A stretch of 64,000 bases of DNA, from positions 32,001 through 96,000 of the forward strand of contig CBDHHL010000046.1 in NCBI GenBank assembly GCA_965263355.1, read 5' to 3'. Made by a program: the position numbers and the translations under genes. This document shows positions 47,201 through 57,063 of the stretch, piece by piece (the first letter of the stretch is position 1; every line of letters starts with the position of its first letter). Below the pieces are notes generated by a model that saw only the letters and a program-made list of their open reading frames with translations, ran no database searches and was not told where the DNA came from. The stretch comes from Leptolyngbyaceae cyanobacterium (GTDB taxonomy: Bacteria > Cyanobacteriota > Cyanobacteriia > Phormidesmidales > Phormidesmidaceae).

Positions 47201-48900
47201 ATCGCGGCGACACTAGAATGATTTGCAATGGAACCATCTAGGGCCCCTGTCCATTGATTTGTCAGGTTGATTGTAACCCGTTTATACAAGTTACTGGAAA
47301 TCACCTCTAGCCCACCAACTGCGGTAATCTCAAAAGCTCCATAATTTATGTTTCCAGCACCCGCAGGACCCAACAATTCTAAATACCGACCAACATCTTC
47401 AGATGAAGGATTCCAGGGCACAGTCCCATCTGCCGTGATATAGACAGGTATTATAACTTCCGCAGTAGTATTAGTTGGCGCAGTAAAGGCAGCTGAACTA
47501 GTTGCAGATGCTGAAGCTTGCTCAAAAATCTGAACAAACTCATCCGAGCTACCTCCATAAGTTTGCAAGTCTAATCCTAGTGTGAGCGGGTTAGCATCCC
47601 GAATTCCAGAAACTGTTGTTGTTGTTTCTGACGGTGCTCCAGCTCGAACGTAGATGTCAGTTTTACCGCCTATGTGCACTTCATTGTTATTTATAACAAT
47701 CTCACCCTCAGGAGTTTGTGGCTCAATTATCCCACCTGGAATGTCTGAAATAAACAGGCTGCCCCGACTCTTAGACTTTAACCAAAAGGGCTCTGCTGGA
47801 CTTATTGTTGGAGGTGTTGGAGTAACTGCCACAACAAAGTTGGAAACAACCTCCCCAACTGTATAGTTGGTAATAGTGCTTGTGGCTAAGTCCAAATGCG
47901 TAAATATATCTCCAACAGCTACATTGGCCGCACCAAAATCAGTCTGTCCAGAAACTCCTGTTGTGAGGTTTGTCCCTGCGGCTAATGTCAGCCGAGAAGT
48001 TGAAGCGCTCGCAGTCAACTGGGCAAAAGCATAAACAGCATCCGGAGAGCCTGTGAGAATATCTCTATTCATCTCGACATCCCCGAAGCCCACAACGCCG
48101 ATGCTTTGAACAGTTTCGAACAAGCTGGATAGCCGAGATCTAATTCCTCGAGGCACCACCAAGCTCGTCTCAGACAACCCAGACTCGACTCGAGCAAAAA
48201 AGGAAGAAGTATCTTCCCTGGAAGACCCTTCCCCAAAATTAGATCTGTTTGTTACCTTAACCACTCCCGGGGAATTCTCAATACCAATTAATGTTTCTCT
48301 CGCAATATTATATTCATCACCCTGAGATTCTGCTCGTACAATTATATCAAAAAAGTACAAGCTTCCGGAGAGATTAAAAATCATTTCTTCCGCAGTAATG
48401 GACTGATTCTCTATAGGAAAGAATCGTAACCCATCTCCCGTAAATACAGCTTGTGTTGGTGTTATAGTAACAAACCTAGCATTATTAAAAAATAGTCGAG
48501 CTGTACCAATTGCAAAGCTGCCTTCCTTTCTGGAAGCAAAAAAGTTACCCATCAGACGATCTGCTTCTGTATCCGTCAACAGTTCCGGAGAAGCAATAGA
48601 TTGACTGTTTCGAACCTGAGATATTTGTCGGCGAAAAGGTTCGACAGCTAGCCTCGCCATATTGAATACAAGGTCATAGATGGGCTCCCCTTTTTGAATG
48701 ACTAAGTCAGGAAACTCGGTCTGGGCTCGACGTACTAAGAACTCTAAAATTGGTGTAGAAAAAGCATCAGGTCCTATACGAGAAAGCAATGGGGTGATAA
48801 CTTCACTGTCAGCTAAGGAGCCGACAGAGGTATCTATACTTGAGTCAAACGCCCGTATGCGCTCAACGAGAAAGGTTCTTAGTTCATCTAAGTCTGCCAT
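44248..48900 (-). CDS. Baseplate J-like protein with a very large internal insertion
   Basis: N-terminal NFFASRKEGSFAIGTARLFF, VRAESQGDEYNI, GSSRED, VVGFGDVEMNRD; C-terminal IEAFINGL...LEISDV. Confidence 0.75.
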   Translation of the reverse strand: MADLDELRTFLVERIRAFDSSIDTSVGSLADSEVITPLLSRIGPDAFSTPILEFLVRRAQTEFPDLVIQKGEPIYDLVFNMARLAVEPFRRQISQVRNSQSIASPELLTDTEADRLMGNFFASRKEGSFAIGTARLFFNNARFVTITPTQAVFTGDGLRFFPIENQSITAEEMIFNLSGSLYFFDIIVRAESQGDEYNIARETLIGIENSPGVVKVTNRSNFGEGSSREDTSSFFARVESGLSETSLVVPRGIRSRLSSLFETVQSIGVVGFGDVEMNRDILTGSPDAVYAFAQLTASASTSRLTLAAGTNLTTGVSGQTDFGAANVAVGDIFTHLDLATSTITNYTVGEVVSNFVVAVTPTPPTISPAEPFWLKSKSRGSLFISDIPGGIIEPQTPEGEIVINNNEVHIGGKTDIYVRAGAPSETTTTVSGIRDANPLTLGLDLQTYGGSSDEFVQIFEQASASATSSAAFTAPTNTTAEVIIPVYITADGTVPWNPSSEDVGRYLELLGPAGAGNINYGAFEITAVGGLEVISSNLYKRVTINLTNQWTGALDGSIANHSSVAAMPFRLLERVSVKSRVRDLNSPQANFGSAGLGTSIGDSVVIESGADAGVYTIRRLLSLLGSNDTLILDRELTTTVTPSGTGDSSGLRYRVDDVIQLDLVNPRNIRIPITGVFPGGDLNTVAGSATVTSTSTNFLLAGVSSGDVLDISTSTTAGAQASNAGQYTILSVLANQLVLDVGVPSTGFNLLFSIYEAFTGVERPLVRVKDIELLDSTNQPTGITIPYGRVIDARAKGAFSNRSQGSLREAFSGAVVSGSPLVTFRDTTVTDFALLGVTVGSRLEIYEGNNIGEYEISTVSGSDLTIIGASAGDKDFVSTDTDIHYRVGFTSAGIARLYFLEPTSVEITTGIAGGRLASTGTSQEFLYRFSTDDGYVVLPEAGALNQTINDLRVVRSYSIGGGAFETIVELTGTDRDVFNLEILPGDLLEVQEEIELVNSSGVRLIEATVGIFGSPAGLRTTTGSARVSIPANSVIDFTQMGDLAGQTLVISSGPDVGTYTIRRRIDAKTLELNSIMRTTTETTLGADTATSRDGSITQVSSDFYLVDATDVGQLPTAGNYITIFESTDPALEGSYEVLERDISNTRVRLSGISSTSGSNTFTWVATGPNTLSNTLSQAFRIYQTTPTIHRIKDVATVGPEVTVLQTGSISGSAPLTVLTGGAGELSSVTRGDRLEVVSGVNQGVYPIVSTTSNTATISSATPFPSADPSVSYRVRGGVHGSRTMLTLEGQSGTDGLLVPGTSMPYKVRRPGVIRVSSSDMQNNVEDGLYYVDVPIESLGPNDNRNLSRLDRLRVVSGLVIDGYTYSVTNNNFTFSPYEEVQLNFTRRVLPVGNSDAPQNRVEVGGKNLQITYENSPLVRTIDTFLRGDNRVLVADLIARHFLPSYVFLSMTYSGGSSPQTVGPEIEAFINGLGSLDILEISDVEAFLTRRGATSVTHPITLVTVTHDLNRALVVERSENSVGGTDAPYEGTGRISTYFANFGEEFTLTRQ

Positions 48901-48912
48901 AGTGATATTCCT

Positions 48913-49560
48913 TTAAAGAGATAAGTTAGCTGTCGCTTCTGTCCCAGCATAGGATGTGATTAGAATTCGCATCTCCGCTGAGTCCGAATGTCGAGTAGAC
49001 CTAAGATCTACCAAGGTGGCGGAAAGTAATCTCTCATCAAGCGCCAAGTCAGTTCGGCCTGATTGAGCTCGAGTAACGTCTTCAGAAGTCTTGCGTACAG
49101 CATGGCCTAGGGCCCCCAAGATTGTCGTAGTATTGCCAGAAGTTCCTACTGCCCCGACAATATCCTGAAGACCTCCTCCATCTATAGGATTAAATATATC
49201 AGAGCCTGGACTTGTTAAGAGATATCTGATGTAAAGTTGTGTCAGTCTCAATATCCCGGACACTATCTTGGTCTTGTTTCCTACCTTATATTCCACAATA
49301 GACCCAGTAGTCGTTCTTGTGAAAGAAGAAGAACGTACGGATATTGTTCTCACTTGTCGTATATTGGGAGGGATGGTCAAATACATGACCTTCTGATTCA
49401 CAATGACAAATTCTGGGAGAACAACATCATTGACCAAGACTTCACTCACACTCGAAAAATCTTGGCCTTCCACTTCGATAACGAAGGGGACACGGGACAC
49501 AATTCTATTAACAGAGTCAATCTTTATCAAGTCACTATATTTGATTACACTCAAAGTCAT
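48913..49560 (-). CDS. Gp25/GpW-like baseplate protein with an N-terminal IPT-like domain
   Basis: SGILRLTQLYIRYLLTSPGSDIFNP.DGGGL; directly upstream of baseplate J. Confidence 0.65.
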   Translation of the reverse strand: MTLSVIKYSDLIKIDSVNRIVSRVPFVIEVEGQDFSSVSEVLVNDVVLPEFVIVNQKVMYLTIPPNIRQVRTISVRSSSFTRTTTGSIVEYKVGNKTKIVSGILRLTQLYIRYLLTSPGSDIFNPIDGGGLQDIVGAVGTSGNTTTILGALGHAVRKTSEDVTRAQSGRTDLALDERLLSATLVDLRSTRHSDSAEMRILITSYAGTEATANLSL

Positions 49561-49970
49561 TGACGTGCCTCAAACTCTTCCGCAGTCGTGATTGTATCAT
49601 TTAGCAGTGGATCTTCTGCCACATCCTCTACAAGAGAAGAAGGTTCTATGGCTTTTATAGAAGTGATCAAATCACTTAACCCAGTTTGCAACTGGACTAG
49701 CCTCTCAATTCTCGTAGGTAGGCTAGTGTCCGACCCTGATAAAAAATTAGTTGCGTTTATTGGTCGAGCAGAAGCAACCTGTGACTGTGCAGTTGGTTCT
49801 CCGGAAGTAGCATTTTGACTAGCAGATGTTGTTTCTCCATTTCTAGCCACCTGCTCAGAGATTAATTCGACCAAGGACACATTAGAAAACGCTCGATTAA
49901 TCTCGATACTTCGAACAACGGTGACAACATCTGAAAGCTGTCGTCTGATAGCTATATGAGCTTTTGTCAT
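49557..49970 (-). CDS. Hypothetical structural-module protein
   Basis: ATGA overlaps at both ends. Confidence 0.65.
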   Translation of the reverse strand: MTKAHIAIRRQLSDVVTVVRSIEINRAFSNVSLVELISEQVARNGETTSASQNATSGEPTAQSQVASARPINATNFLSGSDTSLPTRIERLVQLQTGLSDLITSIKAIEPSSLVEDVAEDPLLNDTITTAEEFEARQ

Positions 49971-52900
49971 ACGAGGTCCCCTTCTAATTCTCCAACCGTG
50001 TCACTAAAATCGGTATCTGGGTCAGTTAAAACAACTTCTGTGTCAGCCGTAGTTACTAATTCTGTCACCCTAGAAGTACTCTGACTCTGTACTGGTAAGT
50101 CAAATACACTAGCTCGAGCTTTACTTACAAAATTACCGGCGAAAGAAGATTCTGCCAAGGACACAGAGAAAAACTCGTCTAACTGTCCAACGTCTAAAAG
50201 CTCCACAGCTCGATCATACCCCTTTTCTTGGAGAACTGCGATGAGGGCATTTAAACTAGCACTTTGAGGAGCAGAAAAGCTGGCCAAGATGTCTTCCGCG
50301 TTTAAGGCAGCATTAGGGATGTTTGTCGTGATCTCTGTAGACCGACGAATGGAGCTCGTCAACATGCTGTGTAGTTCTGCCAGAACTTGTTGAAGTCTAC
50401 CCACATCCGGTAACTGAGAAGCGCCTTGTGAAACTACGGGAGAAAGAACTCCGTCCAAAAAATCTAAATTTTCATCAAACCTATACTTCGAAAATAAAGA
50501 ACTGGCCGTCAAAAGGGTTTGAACGTTCTCAGCCAATTGTCGATAATTAGTTTCCAACGAGCTAGTTGCTGTAAACACGAAGGATGTGTCTTCTGTAGAA
50601 ATACCAGAGACCAAATTAACGAACTCCCCAGAAGCTGCTACTGATGAAACTTGATGATTATTTATTTGGTCCCCCACTAGTAACCCAGACAGGTCCAACT
50701 TCTGCCCCGCAGCGTTCACAGCCTCTAAAGAAGGACTTAGCCCAAACTGAGTTAAGGAAGAAAAACCTAAGGACGTTGGAGCTGACGTGACCTGGATAGA
50801 ACTGCCTCGAGTCTTGGAATTACTAGTCAGAAGTATTCGTCTCTTAATCAACCTATAGCGAAGGGGAGCACTGTTACGAGTAAATCCTCGTGAGTTTTTG
50901 CCCCCAGGAAATTCTAAAGTTAAGGTAGAGACACTAACATTCGTAATAATATATTCTCCAGCATCTCCCCCCTCTAAGAGTATTAAAGAGACTCCCGAAA
51001 CAATGCCCAGAGGAGCAAGATCTACCCCCGCCGTATCCGTCACAGTAAAAGTATTCGCAACTGTTCTAAGCTGCCCTTCTCGTAGAACCGTCGGGACCTC
51101 AGTGACCGTCAAACCAGATACAGAATTTCGAACAAGTGCACTTAAAATAGCAGTGTCTAAATACACGCTTTGAGTGTTAGCTGTTCGTTGATTGGGGCTA
51201 AATCCAAACACGTGTGTCGCAGTATTTGTAATCCGAATTGCTTGCTTAGGTGCAGGAAAAGACTCCTCGACACGCACTACTTGCCAAGATATAGAACCGC
51301 TATTTGCATCAGTCCCTGTCCCATTGGGATTGTAGATGATCGGCGAACCTGCAATTGGAGCACCAACTAATGGGTCAACAGTAGCAGGTGGCGTATCTTT
51401 ACTTATATCAACAATTTCAAAGGTGCCATTATTGGCAGCAGTAGCTGCACCACTGATAACTATCGAATCTCCTATATTATTTGCCGCTAACCCAGTCATA
51501 CCAGACCAGAGTTGTCGGCTTGTTGAAATGGAAACTAGAGTTGCACTACTTCCTGAAGCCAACACAGGATTTGTAAAGGAAGCAAATGTACCGTCAACTG
51601 ATGAATATGAAGTTGATAGCCTAAGGTGTTCCGGCATAAATCGAGAACGACCTTCAATTGTCAGCTTATTTGCTCCTCCCGGCTGCTCCTTAAACAACAC
51701 ATGGTAACTAGCGTGCGCATACTTATTACTACCATGTGACCCATTACTTTCATCATTTAAAGCCGTCACAACTTCTGAAATAGATCCTGTAGGTAGTCCG
51801 GAAGGAATTGAGGAAGTCTTTGTCACAGGAGACACTACTACAGAAACAGTATCTCTCACATTGTGCGGACCTAAATTATCCGAGTCTGCTACGTCCCTGG
51901 TATTTATGAGCAAGTCAGGAAAGAAAGAAACTTGTGTATAATCTCCTCTAGAACCAAATAAACCTACTGTCTGATTGGCAACGGTATCTCCTCGAAAATC
52001 TACTTCTATTTGAGTATCACTAATAAAACGAATTATCTCGTATCTTTCAAATGTTGGGGCTGTGCCTGTTCTAATGTAAAAACCAACATAATGTGCTTCA
52101 AACGAAGTTGCAGGACCTGTTACGGTGCTCCCACTAATTGTGATAGCCACATTTTTGAGGAGGGTTAACTCAGTCAATATTCGAGCTCGGAAAAGGTGTG
52201 TCCAACGAGTAGACTTTACTTCCGCCCAAGCTTGCGGATTACCCAATTGGTCAGCCCCAGAAACAGACCAAGAAGCAAATCCAGCGTTATCTACAGCCGC
52301 GGATGAGCTAGACGATCCCGGAACTACAGTAGGAAAAAGAAAATGAATAGTAGCCCCCAAATGTATAAAACCTAACTTTATCGGAGGCTGCATGCGCACT
52401 GTCGTCCAATAGTCAGAGATTAGAAGATTATTGTTGGTTGGGGGAGTATCTGGAATATTACTTGGAACGGTAGAATCTCTAGGTGCTGGAGCAACTCCCG
52501 CAGAAGTATCTTCGCCTTCCATTAAAGACACTCCACTGTCTTGAATGAAACCCCATCGTAAAGTAGTCCATGTGTAAGAATTATTGTCTACCACGATATG
52601 GAACATATTAGCGGCGTCGTAGTTACTTGCTAAGACTGGTGGGGCAGCAGTAGCCGCTGCGGGGCCCGGCCATGTGGGATGTAAAATAGAATCAGGCCAC
52701 GGACCTTCAATTGTACCATGAATGCCTGGGCCCTGTACGCCTGATAGGTCCACTGTTTGTGTACCACCACCATCTACTACGATACTCAAGGATGTTTGCG
52801 ACAGGTCATCTAAAAGCCAAGGACCTTCATTCGAAAGGATTTGAGCCGGAATAGCCTGCCCAGTTGGACGCATAAGGAAAGGCGGCCCAGACCCCAAAGA

Positions 52901-53719
52901 TTTGGAGCTTCTTCCTATAATCCCCTTAGTGGCAAAACCTGTTCCGTCGGATTTCAAAGCGTACTTTTGATTTGGGACGACGAATTCGGACAAGGATTTG
53001 ACTGATGCTTTTGCAGCCAATACGGTCAATAGAAAGTTCCTACTTGTAGACTGATTATTCGACTGTTCCCCTGTTTGAACTTGGTCGGCTAAATCTAACA
53101 ATACTGACCGGGTTCTAGCAATTGATGTTGTGGCCAAAATAGACGATATATCTAAAGCCTCATAAACAGCTAACAAGGAAGATAAGTTAGAGAGCAAAGT
53201 AAGTAAGGTTTCGTGGGTTTTAGTTAGTTCTTGAAAGTCATCTAACAATAACTGTCTTGCCTCGTCCGGGTGAAATCTAAGCTTTGACCCACTGATCAAA
53301 GGCCTGAACTGTTCGGCAAACTCATCAATTTGGCGACTAAATTGTCCCAACTCCGGACGACCTTTTATAGAAGCGGAAGTCTCTACATTCAATAGATTTG
53401 TAGCTGCATTACGCAACAAGGTTGAACTATTAGCAGGTAAAATTAAGTTTTGAAGTTGAACAACATCTTCGGAAACAATAAGCATGTCCTCAACAAGATC
53501 AATTTGCCGAGATAGTAATTCATTAGTCTTATTCCGCACGAGCGCTGCTAGGCTAAAAATAGCAGTTGGGTTTAAAACAAAAACCGTTTTTGCAGCTTCA
53601 ACAATCTGCTCATGCAAAGACTCTGGATCATTTGCACCTCCCAAAAAACTAGGGATAAAGGAGCCTACAAAAAACCTAGCAGAAGCATTACGTAACTCGG
53701 TGTCCGAGAAGTCTACCAT
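49967..53719 (-). CDS. Large virion structural protein
   Basis: Helical termini around a beta-rich core; likely start MVDFS at 53719 (ORF track gives 53833). Confidence 0.65.
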   Translation of the reverse strand: MVDFSDTELRNASARFFVGSFIPSFLGGANDPESLHEQIVEAAKTVFVLNPTAIFSLAALVRNKTNELLSRQIDLVEDMLIVSEDVVQLQNLILPANSSTLLRNAATNLLNVETSASIKGRPELGQFSRQIDEFAEQFRPLISGSKLRFHPDEARQLLLDDFQELTKTHETLLTLLSNLSSLLAVYEALDISSILATTSIARTRSVLLDLADQVQTGEQSNNQSTSRNFLLTVLAAKASVKSLSEFVVPNQKYALKSDGTGFATKGIIGRSSKSLGSGPPFLMRPTGQAIPAQILSNEGPWLLDDLSQTSLSIVVDGGGTQTVDLSGVQGPGIHGTIEGPWPDSILHPTWPGPAAATAAPPVLASNYDAANMFHIVVDNNSYTWTTLRWGFIQDSGVSLMEGEDTSAGVAPAPRDSTVPSNIPDTPPTNNNLLISDYWTTVRMQPPIKLGFIHLGATIHFLFPTVVPGSSSSSAAVDNAGFASWSVSGADQLGNPQAWAEVKSTRWTHLFRARILTELTLLKNVAITISGSTVTGPATSFEAHYVGFYIRTGTAPTFERYEIIRFISDTQIEVDFRGDTVANQTVGLFGSRGDYTQVSFFPDLLINTRDVADSDNLGPHNVRDTVSVVVSPVTKTSSIPSGLPTGSISEVVTALNDESNGSHGSNKYAHASYHVLFKEQPGGANKLTIEGRSRFMPEHLRLSTSYSSVDGTFASFTNPVLASGSSATLVSISTSRQLWSGMTGLAANNIGDSIVISGAATAANNGTFEIVDISKDTPPATVDPLVGAPIAGSPIIYNPNGTGTDANSGSISWQVVRVEESFPAPKQAIRITNTATHVFGFSPNQRTANTQSVYLDTAILSALVRNSVSGLTVTEVPTVLREGQLRTVANTFTVTDTAGVDLAPLGIVSGVSLILLEGGDAGEYIITNVSVSTLTLEFPGGKNSRGFTRNSAPLRYRLIKRRILLTSNSKTRGSSIQVTSAPTSLGFSSLTQFGLSPSLEAVNAAGQKLDLSGLLVGDQINNHQVSSVAASGEFVNLVSGISTEDTSFVFTATSSLETNYRQLAENVQTLLTASSLFSKYRFDENLDFLDGVLSPVVSQGASQLPDVGRLQQVLAELHSMLTSSIRRSTEITTNIPNAALNAEDILASFSAPQSASLNALIAVLQEKGYDRAVELLDVGQLDEFFSVSLAESSFAGNFVSKARASVFDLPVQSQSTSRVTELVTTADTEVVLTDPDTDFSDTVGELEGDLV

Positions 53720-53726
53720 ACTCAAC

Positions 53727-54173
53727 TTATATCGGAATTCTAGCTCGGGGGTGTAATCCAATCTTCTTGGGTCCGATTTGAGCCCAGACGGTTGTGGAAT
53801 AACAACAGGACGCCACGAAACAAAGAGCAGCAAACTCCAAATTTGGCCAAAGTTGTCTAGGGATTACGTACTCTGGCTTTCGGTCCATGACATCACGTAT
53901 GTTGCCCTCCATACGTCGAACATCTGTCCTATTTAAGGTGAGCGTCATTCGGCGTACGTAATCAACATCCCAACCAAAGAGTGCGCAAATCTCCTCAAAG
54001 GAGAATCCGTCCTTTTCCTCATCATCCTCAAAAATAAATTTTTGGGCCTCTGCCCAACGTAACTGGTACTTCTCAGAATCTCTATACAGGGCGTAATCAA
54101 AAATGGCCCTTCTAGCGACAGCAAACCAAAGAAGCCGATCTTCTGCATCAATATCTAAAGCATCTACAAACAT
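53727..54173 (-). CDS. Hypothetical protein, possibly DNA-binding
   Basis: LWFAVARRAIFDY...FSFEEICALFGWDVDYVR, HTH-like. Confidence 0.6.
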   Translation of the reverse strand: MFVDALDIDAEDRLLWFAVARRAIFDYALYRDSEKYQLRWAEAQKFIFEDDEEKDGFSFEEICALFGWDVDYVRRMTLTLNRTDVRRMEGNIRDVMDRKPEYVIPRQLWPNLEFAALCFVASCCYSTTVWAQIGPKKIGLHPRARIPI

Positions 54174-55429
54174 CAGGTTACTGTGACGACGAGTGTGGCT
54201 GACAATGCTGCTACTGAGGGCACTCTAGGTGCAACTTGGGAACTTTTTCTGGAAACACTAATGGTGCTTGTTCCAGCAGCTAAAGCACATACAACCAACC
54301 CCCCACTCGATTCATCCACCTCCACAGTTGCAATATCTACGCTACTGCTAGAAAATTCAAGAAGGTCAGACAAGTTGGAAGACGGTATTGCTCGACCCAC
54401 TTGATCTGTAACCGCCAAACTAACAGTCTCTTCAGACGTTCCCCCGGTTAGATCGATTGTTAAAGTAGCGGGTGTGTACACCACAGAAACAACATAAGGA
54501 AACAACACATCGGCTAAAGACGCAGAGGCCAGATTGGGTACTGCAAAAGGTTCCACGATGGAGAGAGGATTTTCTGCACCATCTATATGGATCTTGTAAT
54601 TACCGTCTCGCGGCAATTCCATGTCCACATAGCCACTAGCATTTGTGGTCCATATCTTTGACCCAACAAAAACATTGGCATTGACCACTGCCGGAGAGGC
54701 CGTCCAATGATAGGACACGCTATCTTCAAAGTATGAGCGTACAGGCGTGATACGCACATTTTTTTCCTTTAGTCCGACCCCCGACAAATCCACTAAATGG
54801 CCTGTAATTCTACAAAAGCTAGGATCTACAGCTGACGGTAAGGTCACTGGCACACCAACCAGGTTAAAAGAATTCAAACTTGGGGGTGTTATGGGATCTA
54901 TAACCGCAATACTTTGAACGGGAGAAAACACCGTGTCAGCCAAAATAGGTCGGACAAAATAAGTTGTCCCTGGTGACACTGCCCCACTCAACGCAAGAGT
55001 CAAAACCCCAGAGCCATCAGTGGTTCCCTCCGCAATAAAACTGTCTGACGCGTTGTATACACGTATTAAGACATTTTCAATCGCAGTTAGATCCGCCTCC
55101 ACGGTATTTAAGGTGACTAAAGGGGCTGAAGGCCCCAAGACAGAATCAAAAGGACCAAAATTATTATTTGGGGAAGGAGGATCTGTTACAGACACAGATG
55201 TGGCTGCGCCCGAAATGAAACGACGACCCGCCAGGCTGAAACGGAGAGTATAACTTACACCCCCCGCTTCTCCATTTAGATTTAGGTCTGCTTGCCCCGT
55301 AACCAAAGTACCGCTTGTGGCTTCCGAGTCAAAAACCCCTCCTGCTGTATAAGCTTGAACTAATACCCCATCCAAAGGGGCAGAATCGGCTTGGTTACGA
55401 ACTGTCACTGTGACAGGTACAATTGCCAT
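54173..55429 (-). CDS. Virion protein with tandem Ig-like/transthyretin-like domains
   Basis: Repeated PLDGVLVQAY / AIENVLIRVY...TTDGSG units; C-terminal Big2-like FSSSSVDIATV. Confidence 0.65.
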   Translation of the reverse strand: MAIVPVTVTVRNQADSAPLDGVLVQAYTAGGVFDSEATSGTLVTGQADLNLNGEAGGVSYTLRFSLAGRRFISGAATSVSVTDPPSPNNNFGPFDSVLGPSAPLVTLNTVEADLTAIENVLIRVYNASDSFIAEGTTDGSGVLTLALSGAVSPGTTYFVRPILADTVFSPVQSIAVIDPITPPSLNSFNLVGVPVTLPSAVDPSFCRITGHLVDLSGVGLKEKNVRITPVRSYFEDSVSYHWTASPAVVNANVFVGSKIWTTNASGYVDMELPRDGNYKIHIDGAENPLSIVEPFAVPNLASASLADVLFPYVVSVVYTPATLTIDLTGGTSEETVSLAVTDQVGRAIPSSNLSDLLEFSSSSVDIATVEVDESSGGLVVCALAAGTSTISVSRKSSQVAPRVPSVAALSATLVVTVT

Positions 55430-56376
55430 TACAAAGTTCTCCTAACTGCTGCGGGTATTTGAGGCTGTTGAACGTTAAACAAATCGTCTGTACTACTTAG
55501 GACGGTTAAAAGATCAAAATTGGATGTAGGCACAGTGAATTGGCGGACGAAAGAGGTGCCGGCAAAAACCACACGCAATTGCTGGCCTACCACAAATTGC
55601 ATCTCTGCTTGCCCGTTTGCGTCTGTAGTAAAACTAGTACTCCGATCTCCCATCCCAACCACATATCCAGAAACAAGCAAATCTGGACTCAATGTATAAA
55701 ATTCTATTAATTGCCCAGAAACTGGAATTCCCGACACATCAACCAAAGAAACCGAACCAGTAACTAAACTTGCACTTGCTAGGGGTGAAGCTACAACTCC
55801 CTGCACAGGTCCGTAATAAGCACTCAAGTTATTTGATGTTGTCGTTGTATTGAAAAATCGGTAACGGTGGTGGTGGCTAGAGTTGGCTGCGAGATCTGTG
55901 TACTCGTAAGACGTTTGATTCGCCACCAAAGGAATATAAATATCTTCTCCAAAATCTTCTTGACTTGCCGTAAAGCCTAAAATAGACAAGGACGTACCTG
56001 ACAACACCTGAATTCTAGAACCTGTACCTACTGTTGTTGAGGTTAGTCGAATCGCATTACTTGCATTACTTGCAATTGAAGCCCCTAAAGCAGTATTAAG
56101 TTGAGTTACTATCGTGGCTATCGCTATGGGATTCGACCCGGTAAAAGTAGTCGTTACTGCCGTTCCCCCATCTACACTAACCTGTAATGTTAATCCAGAA
56201 ACAAAGAAACTAGTACTCGTGGCGCTTCCGGTAAGAACAGCTGCTGACGCAGCTGCGGCAGTAGTTTCAATGTAAGGACCTAGTACAAGATCTGAAGTCC
56301 GCTCTACCCGAATAACATCATATGATTGAATAATAGAGCCAATATCTGGAACCGAAATATCTACTACAACAGGCAT
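55429..56376 (-). CDS. Virion structural protein
   Basis: VDGG...IVTQLNTALG...IRLTS..VGTGSRIQV module, similar to segments of the 35640 and 49967 proteins. Confidence 0.65.
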   Translation of the reverse strand: MPVVVDISVPDIGSIIQSYDVIRVERTSDLVLGPYIETTAAAASAAVLTGSATSTSFFVSGLTLQVSVDGGTAVTTTFTGSNPIAIATIVTQLNTALGASIASNASNAIRLTSTTVGTGSRIQVLSGTSLSILGFTASQEDFGEDIYIPLVANQTSYEYTDLAANSSHHHRYRFFNTTTTSNNLSAYYGPVQGVVASPLASASLVTGSVSLVDVSGIPVSGQLIEFYTLSPDLLVSGYVVGMGDRSTSFTTDANGQAEMQFVVGQQLRVVFAGTSFVRQFTVPTSNFDLLTVLSSTDDLFNVQQPQIPAAVRRTL

Positions 56377-56697
56377 GTTGTGTAGATGTTATCATAGTCA
56401 GGCTGGCCCAGCTCTGGAAACTTTTTGGTCAAACTAGGCGTAATAATGGTGCCAGGCCCAGCCCTCAGAATCAGTGCCAAACAACTACGACATTTGTCAA
56501 ATAGAATTATGCTGTGACGATGTTCTGTGACTATTAAGCTGTTCTTAAACTAGAGATGCAGAAAGAAAGTGAAGAAGAAATACTGGAGTCAAGCCACTGG
56601 AGCACAACCAACTGACTAAACTAGATTTGGCGATCCCTAGTCAGCGGATGAAAAATTACACTGATGAGGTATAATAGGGAGTTTATCTCGTCAACAA

Positions 56698-57054
56698 TTA
56701 CCTAGCATGCCAAGGTTTAAAATTCTGAATATACTCCACACTTGGAAATTCTGTTCCCTTAAACCGATAAGCTCTATCATCTACGTATAAAACTGCGTGA
56801 GGTTTCTTATTTGTAAATTTTAGTTGGTCCAAGTTCATAAAGTTATGGAATCGAAACCATTCTTTCATGGCTTGGATGCCTTCAGGAGTTTCGGACCTGG
56901 CTGAGTAAATAAACACCTCTAACCCTGCGGTCAGATATGAGTCTAAAGTAGCAAAAGCGCCTACTACGGGTAGGTCAGAGATTATCTCAGGGCCCTCCCA
57001 GCCGGAATGATAGCTGTGAATGACGCCATCAAAATCCATGCATATACTTTTCAT
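56698..57054 (-). CDS. HAD-superfamily phosphatase
   Basis: ICMDFDGVI (motif I), IYSAR (II), KP...YVDDR (III/IV). Confidence 0.85.
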   Translation of the reverse strand: MKSICMDFDGVIHSYHSGWEGPEIISDLPVVGAFATLDSYLTAGLEVFIYSARSETPEGIQAMKEWFRFHNFMNLDQLKFTNKKPHAVLYVDDRAYRFKGTEFPSVEYIQNFKPWHAR

Positions 57055-57063
57055 GGGGTGAAG

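Noticed and set aside
35640..48900. Bacterial contractile injection system or T6SS
   Set aside because: Portal, replication and RNAP genes in the same window indicate a phage
56397..56697. tRNA, ncRNA or small ORF in the 300-bp gap
   Set aside because: No tRNA cloverleaf or T-arm motif, only short ORFs and weak repeats; a covariance-model search would be needed to exclude an ncRNA
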